This document shows positions 1-8,266 of a DNA stretch of 64,000 nucleotides, one piece after another (the stretch's first letter is position 1; each line of letters begins with the position of its first letter). The translations under genes were made by a program, and so were the position numbers. Where the stretch lies: positions 90,278-154,277 of the forward strand of contig CALKWQ010000022.1 in assembly GCA_938003925.1 (NCBI GenBank), given 5' to 3'. The notes under the pieces were generated by a model, which was not told where the DNA came from, ran no database searches, and saw only the letters and a list, made by a program, of their open reading frames with translations. The stretch is from an uncultured bacterium (GTDB taxonomy: Bacteria > Patescibacteriota > Patescibacteriia > Patescibacteriales > UBA12465).

Positions 1-1166
1 ATCTGCTCACTTTTATGCTCAAAAAACTCTGCCCAAGGAATATTACTGTTATACATTACTTTCAAAAAATTAAAATACACTTGTTTATCACCTGGGGCAA
101 TCAAATCAAATAACTTATTGAGTGTCTTGTTACTATTTAAAAAACCCTCAATGTCACCATGGTTTTTGAGTAAGTCATCCCAATCGGTTTTAATTGACTG
201 TGCTTCTTGCTGCAACTGATTCCAAAATACTTCTCTGTCTTTATTTAGTTCTTTTAACATTACCACACCCCTACGATGAGCCGGCAGATATCTGGATAAA
301 AATTCTTCAGTTAATATATAACCCTTAATACTTTGATAAGGCAGCTCTCCTGTTTTTAACAAGGCCTTAAACCTTTTGTGGTCTATTTGGCCATTTTTAT
401 CAATAAATTGCAACCAAGTGGAAAAATCATTTTGCTTAATATTATTATCGGCTATTTTTTTAAACCCCAAACGATCAGCTAAAGGAGTGTCTAGTAGCCA
501 AGACTTGCCAATTACCGCCGCTGCTTCTGGCTCCTTATCCAAAATATACTCCGCCACCACTCCCAAATCACTGCTAATTAATTCCGAGCCTAAATTTTTC
601 TCACCCGTGTTATAGAAATCTTCCACGTGAACCTCAACAAAATGATCAGCCTTAGAGAATCCATATTTTTCCAAATCCTGATACTTTTTGTCAGCGTCTC
701 TTTCAATACTGGTAATTTTATTAAAATTCAACACCTTAGTACTGCCCTTTCTGGCGTTACGTTCAGCCTCTTTTAAATCCTCCACCTCTAGATATTTTTT
801 AATATTATCTCTTTTTGCATCAATCAACTGAGATATTTTATCTACATCAAAACCGCTAGTCTCGTATAGATAGTCAACCTCTTGATAGAAGGCTTGTAAA
901 AATAAATCGATTTGGGGCTGATATTTATTAAAATTAAATTGTTCCAGATGGAATACGGGTCTTAAAATAATATTTTCGATTGGGCTAAAGTCCTTCATGG
1001 CTGCAGAAAATTTATAATCTCTCTTGTTTTTCTTGGTCGCCTGAAAGTTTTGCTCAGCATAAACTAGAGAAATTTTTGTAATCCTCTCAAAAAGCACAGT
1101 TTGCTGCTCCTGTTTATCCTCAGTCTCGATAAGACGACTAAGATTATTTAAGCCCTCAAACTTCAT
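1..1166 (-). CDS. hypothetical protein (3' end lies beyond the left window edge)
   Basis: Not in the ORF track because no stop lies in the window. There is a minus-strand ATG at 1166..1164 (MKFEGLNNLSRLIE...). I checked every in-frame triplet down to base 3 and found no stop (...FEHKSEQ at the edge). No family recognised. Confidence 0.6.
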   Translation of the reverse strand, partial: MKFEGLNNLSRLIETEDKQEQQTVLFERITKISLVYAEQNFQATKKNKRDYKFSAAMKDFSPIENIILRPVFHLEQFNFNKYQPQIDLFLQAFYQEVDYLYETSGFDVDKISQLIDAKRDNIKKYLEVEDLKEAERNARKGSTKVLNFNKITSIERDADKKYQDLEKYGFSKADHFVEVHVEDFYNTGEKNLGSELISSDLGVVAEYILDKEPEAAAVIGKSWLLDTPLADRLGFKKIADNNIKQNDFSTWLQFIDKNGQIDHKRFKALLKTGELPYQSIKGYILTEEFLSRYLPAHRRGVVMLKELNKDREVFWNQLQQEAQSIKTDWDDLLKNHGDIEGFLNSNKTLNKLFDLIAPGDKQVYFNFLKVMYNSNIPWAEFFEHKSEQ

Positions 1167-1304
1167 ATAATTTTAAAATTATCATTATACCTTAAGTTTA
1201 GCTGAAAAATATTAAAAAATGAAGCTGACATGTCCATGGCTATATATTTTTTAGGGAAATTAGCAATTGACGCCATGTTTTCGCTTAAAACATATAATAC
1301 TAAA

Positions 1305-1327
1305 AAACGGGCTTTTGGTGCCCGTTT
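1305..1327 (-). terminator. intrinsic terminator-like hairpin
   Basis: AAACGGGC / GCCCGTTT 8-bp stem with a 7-nt loop. The T-run is on the minus strand only (cccgtttttta). It sits between the TatC remnant and the start of the 1..1166 gene. Confidence 0.4.
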
Positions 1328-1458
1328 CTATGTTTGATTGAATTTGCCAACAAAATATAAGATCCTGTTTATGGAAGGTACCCATTTTCTTAGACACATT
1401 GTCCATGGGTCAATTGATATTGCCGACTGTACATTACAGGCGGCATTTTTAATTTAGT

Positions 1459-1719
1459 ATGTATTCGGGTGTTATCATAGTCTTTCAGATCCCTATCGTC
1501 ATTATTGGAGGAATCTCCCTGGGCATACTAAAAACAAAATTATTAGCCCTTAAACGTAAGTACATTTATGTGGGTTTAATGATTGCGCTGGCCATTATCA
1601 CTCCAACAACTGATTTATTTAGTCTGGCAATATTATTTATTCCCTGTGTTATTATTTTTGAAATCAGCCTCATTGTTGGTAAAGTCGTAGAAAAAATAAA
1701 TAAACAAAAAATTGAATAA
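1459..1719 (+). pseudogene. tatC: TatC C-terminal fragment (last two TM helices only)
   Basis: The 86-aa ORF ...KRKYIYVGLMIALAIITPTTDLFSLAILFIPCVIIFEISLIV resembles the conserved TatC TM5-TM6 region (RkyaivgafvvaaiiTPpDvfSq..lAiPl..LyEisi). There is an in-frame stop at 1450..1452 directly upstream and no ORF for the missing ~170 N-terminal residues. Confidence 0.45.
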
Positions 1720-1762
1720 AAATTTAGATTGCTTTACAACATAAATTTATCTAAAATTAAAA

Positions 1763-1792
1763 CAAAATCAGGCCATAATAGCCTGATTTTGT
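1763..1792. terminator. terminator hairpin after prx (repeat copy A)
   Basis: Perfect 12-bp stem ACAAAATCAGGC / GCCTGATTTTGT with a 7-nt loop and T-rich flanks on both strands. It lies 29 nt past the prx stop. The same stem recurs at 3313..3343. Confidence 0.7.
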
Positions 1793-1821
1793 ATTTTACC
1801 ACTATTAGCAGTGAGAATGAT

Positions 1822-2550
1822 TTAACTCTTAATATTCAACTCTTTTTCAATATCTTCTTTACTAATCTTTTTAGTGCAGAAAAACCAATCATAGCAATGC
1901 ATTTCATCTTTATTTTCCATTCTCTCTTTAGCAACACCACAAGAACCAGCCGTAGGTACAATCACCTCATCGCCCGGACGCCAATCAGCTGGAGTAGCAA
2001 TTGAAAACTTGTCGGCTGCCTGCATAGCAACTAAAGCTCTATATAGCTCATCAAAATTACGGCCTAAACTTAGAGGATAATAAATAATAGCCCTAATTAT
2101 TCCTTTAGGATCAATAAAGAAAACGGCACGTACTGCCTTAGTATTACTTTCTCCTGGCTGAATCATACCGTATTTCTTAGCAACCTCCATAGTAATATCC
2201 TCAATTAGAGGAAATTTAACCTCAATATCTTTTATGCCTTTATATTCAATCTTCTCCTTAATTGTTCTAAGCCAAGCAATATGACTATATAGACCGTCGA
2301 CTGATAAACCGACTAGTTTACAGTTAGCATCATTAAATTTTTGCTCCATGCTCGCAAAAGTCATAAACTCCGAAGTACAAACCGGAGTAAAATCAGCTGG
2401 GTGACTAAACAAAATAACCCAAGAATCTTTATAATCCTCAGGAAAATTAATTTCTCCCTGAGTAGTGACTGCCTTAAAAGTTGGTGCTTTGTCGCCTATT
2501 CTTGGCATCGCCACGATATTTTCTTGATTTGCAATAATTGCTCCATCCAT
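1822..2550 (-). CDS. peroxiredoxin, Prx6/1-Cys (archaeal-type) subfamily
   Basis: Contains WVILFSHPADFTPVCTSEF (peroxidatic Cys motif) and a C-terminal CGVAKERMENKDEMHC cysteine pair. The true start is probably MPRIGDKAPTF at 2508. Confidence 0.9.
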   Translation of the reverse strand: MDGAIIANQENIVAMPRIGDKAPTFKAVTTQGEINFPEDYKDSWVILFSHPADFTPVCTSEFMTFASMEQKFNDANCKLVGLSVDGLYSHIAWLRTIKEKIEYKGIKDIEVKFPLIEDITMEVAKKYGMIQPGESNTKAVRAVFFIDPKGIIRAIIYYPLSLGRNFDELYRALVAMQAADKFSIATPADWRPGDEVIVPTAGSCGVAKERMENKDEMHCYDWFFCTKKISKEDIEKELNIKS

Positions 2551-2572
2551 AAATTTAAAATTAATTATTAAA

Positions 2573-2848
2573 TTATTTCACAATTTTTATAGCTTTACCA
2601 TTTGTAAGAGCGTCAGCTATCTTTTTATAGGCCGAATAAAGGATTCTTTGATAAGTGCTAGGAGAGGTATTCATTGTTTTAGCAGCAGCTTGCTGATCCA
2701 GGTTACTTATATGCCGTAAACGATAAGACTCCATTTCCTCAATAGATAATTCAACGATTTCGAGATTTCTCATAGGCACCCCTTGGGGCTTAAAATAAGT
2801 TACCACCGGATTGAATGCTATTTTTCGACAAAGTCTTGGTCTAGGCAT
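2573..2848 (-). CDS. DUF134 (UPF0251) family DNA-binding protein
   Basis: MPRPRLCRKI...YFKPQGVP...EEMESYRLRHISNLDQQAAAKTMNTSPSTYQRIL matches the DUF134 pattern (MPRP..R.....FKP.G.......dE.EalRL.D...qeeAA..M.vSr.Tf.Ril). Confidence 0.8.
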   Translation of the reverse strand: MPRPRLCRKIAFNPVVTYFKPQGVPMRNLEIVELSIEEMESYRLRHISNLDQQAAAKTMNTSPSTYQRILYSAYKKIADALTNGKAIKIVK

Positions 2849-2943
2849 ATATATTGAAAATTATAGCAAATTTGCTATTATAACTCTATAAGAGAAGGCT
2901 CTCCGGCCCCTTTTTGTTAAGAGGCCGGTTCCCGTGCCTTCTT

Positions 2944-3186
2944 TTATTTTTGGCTTTTTAAAGCCTCTTTTTCTTTCTTAATCACTTCTAAGTCTGATAA
3001 CAGATCCTGTTCTTCTTCGTCTAAAACTTTTAACTGATCCTCTGGAGATAAAGAAGACTTGAGACCGCCCCTTCCCATTGTCCTTCGTCCACACCAAAAC
3101 AATCTCTCTCCGCCAGCACAACGACCCATTCTTCTGCCCGTTTTTGACCCTTGGCCCATTGGACCAGTTCCATCCATTCTTGGCAT
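2944..3186 (-). CDS. DUF5320 family protein
   Basis: MPRMDGTGPMGQGSKTGRRMGRCAG... followed by an acidic coiled-coil tail, typical of DUF5320, which commonly pairs with DUF134. I moved the start from the track position (3291) to the ATG at 3186. Confidence 0.7.
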   Translation of the reverse strand: MPRMDGTGPMGQGSKTGRRMGRCAGGERLFWCGRRTMGRGGLKSSLSPEDQLKVLDEEEQDLLSDLEVIKKEKEALKSQK

Positions 3187-3312
3187 AAATTTATTATTAC
3201 TATTTTTTATAACGACAGATCGACCTTTGCCCCTGCCTGTTATGAGTATATACCCATAACTATATTGAGTCAAACATACAAACCACGGCAATATATTTAA
3301 TCCAATATTAAA

Positions 3313-3343
3313 ACAAAATCAGGCCTTAAAAGCCTGATTTTGT
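3313..3343 (-). repeat. terminator hairpin, repeat copy B
   Basis: Same 12-bp stem as 1763..1792 (ACAAAATCAGGC/GCCTGATTTTGT) with loop cttaaaa. It shares the upstream flank aatattaaaacaaaa with copy C at 6446..6460. Confidence 0.6.
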
Positions 3344-3348
3344 GTTTT

Positions 3349-3385
3349 GCTCGGGGTCGTGGACGAAGTTCGAAATAGCGTGGCT
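3349..3385 (-). pseudogene. degenerate 3' fragment of tRNA-Gln (att-like direct repeat)
   Basis: gctcggggtcgtgga-cgaag-ttcgaa... aligns with the 3' acceptor/T-arm of the intact tRNA-Gln (gctcggggacatggattcgaacc, 6489..6511) in the same orientation, with a short insertion. It lacks the 5' half. Confidence 0.5.
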
Positions 3386-3401
3386 AAGATTAAATAAGAT
3401 T

Positions 3402-3532
3402 TTAACCCTTAATATTCAATTCCTTTTCAATATCTTACTTACTAATCTTTTTAATGCAGAAAAACCAATCATAACAATGCATTTCATTTTTACTCTCCAC
3501 TTTCTCTCTCTAACAAAACTACAAGAACCAGC
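3402..3532 (-). pseudogene. duplicated 3' fragment of the peroxiredoxin gene
   Basis: 3401..3500 matches 1821..1920 at about 90 of 100 bases (aligned by eye). Translation gives AGSCSFVRERKWRVK / EMHCYDWFFCIKKISK*DIEKELNIKG, compared with AGSCGVAKERMENKDEMHCYDWFFCTKKISKEDIEKELNIKS. There is one frameshift and one premature TAA. Confidence 0.8.
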
Positions 3533-3643
3533 TATTAACAAAACTTATATAATTAAAACCAAACTTAATGATAATAAATAATAAAAAGTACCTATTTTCT
3601 TTAATAATCTTCTTTCACTAAATAAGTAAAATTATTAATATAA

Positions 3644-3841
3644 CTACTTTTTCTTCCGCAATCTCATACTAATAATTGCTAAAATTAAAAATATTAAACC
3701 AAACCAAACATGGAGGTGAATAATTAATTCTCTAGAAGGTCCTTGACCTAAAATATAATTAACAAAAAGAGGAATTGATGTTAGTAATAAAATTATAAAA
3801 GTTGTTGTTCGAATTCTGTCAAGAATTTTATTATTAGCCAT
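3644..3841 (-). CDS. small membrane protein (2 predicted TM helices), hypothetical
   Basis: 65 aa with two hydrophobic stretches (TTFIILLLTSIPLFVNYIL and VWFGLIFLILAIISM) and a basic C-terminus. No family recognised. Confidence 0.4.
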   Translation of the reverse strand: MANNKILDRIRTTTFIILLLTSIPLFVNYILGQGPSRELIIHLHVWFGLIFLILAIISMRLRKKK

Positions 3842-3978
3842 AATAATTAATTATTTAAAGATATTTATTTATTAATTATAACATTTATTTTTTTAAAAGT
3901 CATTCTATAATAAAGATATTTGCTATTAACCTAATGATAATATATACTTAGATTATCTAACTATTATTTTAATAATAT

Positions 3979-4410
3979 ATGAAAGATATAGATGAGTTTG
4001 TCGATTTAATATTTGTAATAAACCGACTAACTAAAGAGGGGTTAGAAAATGAAAAAGGTTCGCCATCTTATATTCAGTTACAGACCTTATCATTTATATC
4101 CCGTCAAAAAAAACCAATTATAAAAAGCGTTGCTGAATATCTAAACATTACCGCGCCATCAGCTACTTTTTTGATAAATAATTTGATAAAACTAGAACTA
4201 GTTAATCGCTTACACAATACTCGAGACAAAAGAATGGTGCATTTAGTTATTAGTAAAAAGGGCAAAAAAGAGTTAGCAAAAAGTTTTTTAAGATCAAAAC
4301 AACACTTACATAAAAAATTATCCCTTTTATCAGCTAAAGAACGTCAAAGTTTTATTTTTATTTTGAAAAAAATTTCTTTATTATTAACAACTGATAAAAA
4401 TGAACATTAA
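3979..4410 (+). CDS. MarR family transcriptional regulator
   Basis: Winged-HTH pattern: LQTLSFISRQKKPIIKSVAEYLNITAPSATFLINNLIKLELVNRLHNTRDKRMVHLVISKKGKKEL. It overlaps the downstream permease by 11 nt. Confidence 0.8.
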   Translation: MKDIDEFVDLIFVINRLTKEGLENEKGSPSYIQLQTLSFISRQKKPIIKSVAEYLNITAPSATFLINNLIKLELVNRLHNTRDKRMVHLVISKKGKKELAKSFLRSKQHLHKKLSLLSAKERQSFIFILKKISLLLTTDKNEH

Positions 4411-5611
4411 AGCCGCTTTCTTTTTGGCTTACAAAACAATTGTTAGGGGCAGTAAAGGGACATTAATAATGACTATATTAATAATGACCCTAGCCTACGT
4501 AAATCTAATATTTATATCATCTATTTTTGGTGGTATTGTTGAGGCTATTAATGAACAATATATAGATAATTTATATGGCAATATAGTTATCACCCCAGCA
4601 AGTGATAAAATTTATATAGAAAATAAACAAACAAGCTCTATAAATCATATACCCGGCATAGTAGCTATTTCAGCTCACTATATAAATGATGCTTTAATTT
4701 CTTATGATGAGTATAAAGATGGTAATAACATACAACAAGGAAAATGGAAAATAAAATCTGTTAACGTTGAAGATGAAAAAAGAGTGACTGCAATTAGCGA
4801 TTCTATCATATCGGGCGAATATCTAGACGACAAAGATAGAGATAAAATAGTCATCGGAAAAGAAATAGCAGGTGGCCAGGGCGGGGATTTAGATTATCTT
4901 AGTTTAGGAGGTGTTCTTGTTGGCGATACAATAGATGTGAAATTTAGCAATAATATAAAAAGAACTTACACAATAAAGGGTATTTTTTCCACAAAAAATA
5001 ATCAAGCTGATCAAATGGCTTTTATTACCAGAAAAGAAATGGAATCAATCCTTGGAGTACATAATTTATCTTCAGAAATAATTATAAAAACAATTGAAAA
5101 AGGCCAGGAAGAACAATACATAGAGTCAATAAGACAATCTGGTTTTTACGATGAAGAGATAAGAACATGGGAACAATTAACCGGCTTTACTTCTAGTGCT
5201 AGTAAAAGTTTTATGATGATCAGTATTATTCTTGGTGCGATTGGAACGATAGTGGCGGGAATTACAATATTTATTATCATTTTTGTTAGTATCGTAAATA
5301 AAAGAAGACAAATTGGCATACTAAAAGCTATCGGCATGGAAGAAAGTACAATAATTTTATCATTTATTATGCAGGCTGTATTCTATGCTATCATTGGAAT
5401 CCTTTTGGGTATTAGTATAATTTTATTTGTCATCAGGCCATTTTTCGTAGACAATCCCTTAGACTTTCCGGTTGGATGGGTATCGTTAAAAATAACTTTT
5501 GACATAATTAAGATAAGTAATATTAGTCTTATGATAGCTGCTTTAATTGGTGGTTTTATTCCTGCTTTTAGAGGCACTAGAGAAAGTATTCTAGATGCGA
5601 TTTGGGGTTAA
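4400..5611 (+). CDS. ABC transporter permease, FtsX/MacB-like
   Basis: N-terminal TM helix, a large extracytoplasmic domain and a C-terminal FtsX-type 3-TM bundle (RRQIGILKAIGMEESTIILSFIMQAV...). Confidence 0.85.
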   Translation: MNIKAAFFLAYKTIVRGSKGTLIMTILIMTLAYVNLIFISSIFGGIVEAINEQYIDNLYGNIVITPASDKIYIENKQTSSINHIPGIVAISAHYINDALISYDEYKDGNNIQQGKWKIKSVNVEDEKRVTAISDSIISGEYLDDKDRDKIVIGKEIAGGQGGDLDYLSLGGVLVGDTIDVKFSNNIKRTYTIKGIFSTKNNQADQMAFITRKEMESILGVHNLSSEIIIKTIEKGQEEQYIESIRQSGFYDEEIRTWEQLTGFTSSASKSFMMISIILGAIGTIVAGITIFIIIFVSIVNKRRQIGILKAIGMEESTIILSFIMQAVFYAIIGILLGISIILFVIRPFFVDNPLDFPVGWVSLKITFDIIKISNISLMIAALIGGFIPAFRGTRESILDAIWG

Positions 5612-5628
5612 TTTTTAAAATAAAAAAA

Positions 5629-6303
5629 ATGATTATTGAAGTAAAAAAATTAAAAAAAACCTATGGCGGAAAAATTCCAACCCATGTTCTCAAGGGAGTT
5701 AGTTTCGAGGTTGAGAAGGGGGAATTTATTGCCTTGATGGGGCGTAGCGGCTCAGGCAAGTCCACCCTTCTGCATCAACTAGGCCTGCTTGATTCTCCGA
5801 GTTCGGGAGATATTATTATAGATGGAATAAGCACAATAAATTTTACACAAAAACAAAAAAATGAATTTCGTTTAAAAAAATTAGGGTATGTTTTTCAAGC
5901 TTATGCCCTATTACCAGAATTAACAGCTCTAGAATCAATCTATTTACCGCTAATGCTGTCTGGTGTGCCAAAATCTCAATATATTAAGAAGGCTTTAGAA
6001 ATGTTAGAAAAAGTTGGTCTCAGTGAACGAAGAAACCATTTACCAAAAGAAATGTCCGGTGGCGAACAGCAGCGAGTGGCTATTGCTAGAGCACTAATAA
6101 ATGAACCGGCTATTTTATTTGCAGATGAGCCAACGGCCAATCTAGATAGCGAATCATCGGAAACGGTTTTGAAATTATTTAAAAAATTAAATAAAGAAAT
6201 TGGACAAACTATTATTATGGTTACTCATGAGCCAGATGACAAGAAATATGTTGATAGGGTTATTTGGCTTAAAGATGGAACAATAACATCAGAAGGGATT
6301 TAA
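5629..6303 (+). CDS. ABC transporter ATP-binding protein (MacB/LolD-like)
   Basis: Walker A GRSGSGKST, signature LSGGEQQRVAIARAL, Walker B ILFADEPT. The track start at 5602 is TTG; I prefer the ATG at 5629 (MIIEVKKLKKTYG). Confidence 0.9.
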   Translation: MIIEVKKLKKTYGGKIPTHVLKGVSFEVEKGEFIALMGRSGSGKSTLLHQLGLLDSPSSGDIIIDGISTINFTQKQKNEFRLKKLGYVFQAYALLPELTALESIYLPLMLSGVPKSQYIKKALEMLEKVGLSERRNHLPKEMSGGEQQRVAIARALINEPAILFADEPTANLDSESSETVLKLFKKLNKEIGQTIIMVTHEPDDKKYVDRVIWLKDGTITSEGI

Positions 6304-6454
6304 GATCCTAAAATAGTAGAAATCGAAACAAACACAGGAACAGGATTCGAACCAATATCGACCAATAAAATCAAGTGTTTTCTGTAAAATGTCATAAATA
6401 TCCCAAAAAAGTTCGAACCGCTTTGGAACTTAAAATGTGTCTAATATTAAAACA

Positions 6455-6479
6455 AAAACAGGCTTATAAAACCTGTTTT
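6455..6479 (-). terminator. terminator hairpin after tRNA-Gln (repeat copy C)
   Basis: AAAACAGG / CCTGTTTT 8-bp stem with a 9-nt loop, followed on the minus strand by tgttttaatatt. It is related to the hairpins at 1763 and 3313. Confidence 0.55.
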
Positions 6480-6489
6480 CGTGCTTTAG

Positions 6490-6560
6490 CTCGGGGACAT
6501 GGATTCGAACCATGATTGATGGCTTCAAAGGCCACTGTCCTACCATTAGACGATCCCCGA
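6490..6560 (-). tRNA. tRNA-Gln (anticodon UUG)
   Basis: Folded manually: acceptor TCGGGGA/TCCCCGA (the U1-A72 pair typical of bacterial tRNA-Gln), D stem GTCT/GGAC, anticodon stem GTGGC/GCCAT with loop CTTTGAA, T arm CATGG-TTCGAAT-CCATG, discriminator G. 71 nt, no encoded CCA. Confidence 0.9.
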
Positions 6561-6620
6561 ATATAATTGTTTAACTAGCTTATCTTAATCAATTTAAGCC
6601 TAAACGTCAACTACTAATAT

Positions 6621-6646
6621 AAAAGACGCTTTTATCAACTAAAGCG
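6621..6646 (-). terminator. possible terminator after ftsX
   Basis: CGCTTT / AAAGCG 6-bp stem with an 8-nt loop, followed on the minus strand by tcttttatatt. Confidence 0.35.
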
Positions 6647-6659
6647 CCTGGACTAACAA

Positions 6660-7568
6660 TTAAACCCGAGCATATTTGCGCACAGCGAAGAAACTGGCCA
6701 ACAGAGTAATAATAAAAACAACAGCAAACTGGAGACCAAAAATAGGCCAGAAATTATACACAAAATAACTCAACAGATTAACATTATAGCCCGCTAAAAA
6801 TACCTCTAAATAGGGCTGGAATAGGGTTAAAAATGGGTAAAAAATAGCAATCATTACCATTACGCTCATTAAGGCATACAAGAAAGCAGAAAATAAGAAA
6901 GGCATATAAATAAAGAAATTGGAGGCCCCCACTAAACGCATAATCTCAATTTCTTTTTTATGAGTATAAACCGCTACCCTAATAGAATTATAAACAACCA
7001 ACAAGCTGGTAAGGATAAAAATAGCAATAATCACTGCACCGACTTCGTTAACGCGCTTAGTCACGCTCTGAATTTTGGTCACTACTGCCGTATTGTCACT
7101 AAAATCACGAGATTCAATAATATCTGAGTCCAACTGGCGCAAAGTATTTACTAAATTAGAAGTATTATCAAAATCAGCTGGCGTGATAGCCAGACTCGGT
7201 GATAAGGGGTTGTTGCCTAATTCACGCAAGGCTTGTAAGATTTCGTTATTTTCACGATATTTAGAACGAAAAGAGACCAGAGCGTCTTGACTAGAAATAT
7301 AAACTACTCCTTTAATTTCAGGTAACCCCGCCAAGCGATCACGTAGAGCTAAAATATCACTTTCTGCTGATGCCGGTTTTAAATACAGGCTAATATCTAT
7401 CTTCTCTTTGACTGCGTTGACAGCATTTTCGCTAACCACCCGTACCGTCAACAGAGTGTTGATAGAAAACAACGCTAGCAATAAGATGGTAATAGTGACG
7501 ATAGACAGCCAGATATTGCGCACAATATCCTGCAAGCTAAATTTAATGATGCGAAAAAAAGAAAGCAT
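6660..7568 (-). CDS. ftsX: cell division permease FtsX
   Basis: N-terminal TM helix, periplasmic domain and C-terminal FtsX 3-TM module (HKKEIEIMRLVGASNFFIYMPFLF). It lies directly downstream of ftsE. Confidence 0.9.
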   Translation of the reverse strand: MLSFFRIIKFSLQDIVRNIWLSIVTITILLLALFSINTLLTVRVVSENAVNAVKEKIDISLYLKPASAESDILALRDRLAGLPEIKGVVYISSQDALVSFRSKYRENNEILQALRELGNNPLSPSLAITPADFDNTSNLVNTLRQLDSDIIESRDFSDNTAVVTKIQSVTKRVNEVGAVIIAIFILTSLLVVYNSIRVAVYTHKKEIEIMRLVGASNFFIYMPFLFSAFLYALMSVMVMIAIFYPFLTLFQPYLEVFLAGYNVNLLSYFVYNFWPIFGLQFAVVFIITLLASFFAVRKYARV

Positions 7569-7578
7569 AAAAAATTAT

Positions 7579-8259
7579 TTAAAGCAGATATTTACCATGA
7601 GCCTGATCGCTCACAACAGCGCCTTTATCCATCGTAATAACACGACGATTCAAGCGATTAACAATTTCCTTGTTATGTGTCACTAAGATAACAGTAGTGC
7701 CGAATTTATTAATTCTAAGCAACAATTCAATAATCTCGTCAGCATTGATGGCGTCTAAATTACCGGTAGGCTCATCCGCCAAAAGAATACGGGGCTGATG
7801 AACCAGAGCTCTAGCGATAGCCGCTCGCTGCTGTTCACCACCGGACACTTCGTGTGGATATCTACCTTGCTTATCCTCTAAGCCCACTATCTTTAAAACA
7901 CTGGGCACAATTTTCTTGATTTTTGCCTGACTTGCTCCACAGACTTCTAAAGCAAAGGCTACGTTCTCACGTAAAGTCTTTTTGGGCAATAATTTAAAAT
8001 CTTGAAAGATAACTCCAATTTGCCGACGCAGATAAGGGACTTCGTACCTGCTTAAACGGGTAATATCCCAATCACCAATTACAACTTGACCTTCATCTGC
8101 CCGTTCTTCACCGATTAAAAGCTTAACCAAGGTAGTCTTGCCGGCTCCAGATTGTCCCACCACAGAAACAAACTCTCCCGCCTTGATGTGAAGATTCACA
8201 TCATTAAGCACGGGGTTGCGCTTAGAATAGCTTTTAGAAACATGCAACAAGGTAATCAT
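7579..8259 (-). CDS. ftsE: cell division ATP-binding protein FtsE
   Basis: Walker A GQSGAGKTT, signature VSGGEQQRAAIARAL, Walker B ILLADEPT. It is about 226 aa and paired with ftsX. Confidence 0.9.
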   Translation of the reverse strand: MITLLHVSKSYSKRNPVLNDVNLHIKAGEFVSVVGQSGAGKTTLVKLLIGEERADEGQVVIGDWDITRLSRYEVPYLRRQIGVIFQDFKLLPKKTLRENVAFALEVCGASQAKIKKIVPSVLKIVGLEDKQGRYPHEVSGGEQQRAAIARALVHQPRILLADEPTGNLDAINADEIIELLLRINKFGTTVILVTHNKEIVNRLNRRVITMDKGAVVSDQAHGKYLL

Positions 8260-8266
8260 ATGCTAA

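Noticed and set aside
1729-2004. Plus-strand ORFs 1729..2004 and 3342..3581, whose products resemble each other (…LNIQLFFNIFFTNLF…AEKPII.MHFIF)
   Set aside because: Their similarity only reflects the duplicated prx 3' DNA read on the opposite strand. The minus-strand reading gives the genuine peroxiredoxin C-terminus.
3386-6489. Active integrative or mobile element at tRNA-Gln
   Set aside because: There is no integrase, recombinase, transposase or excisionase ORF between the repeats. I report it only as a possible decayed islet.
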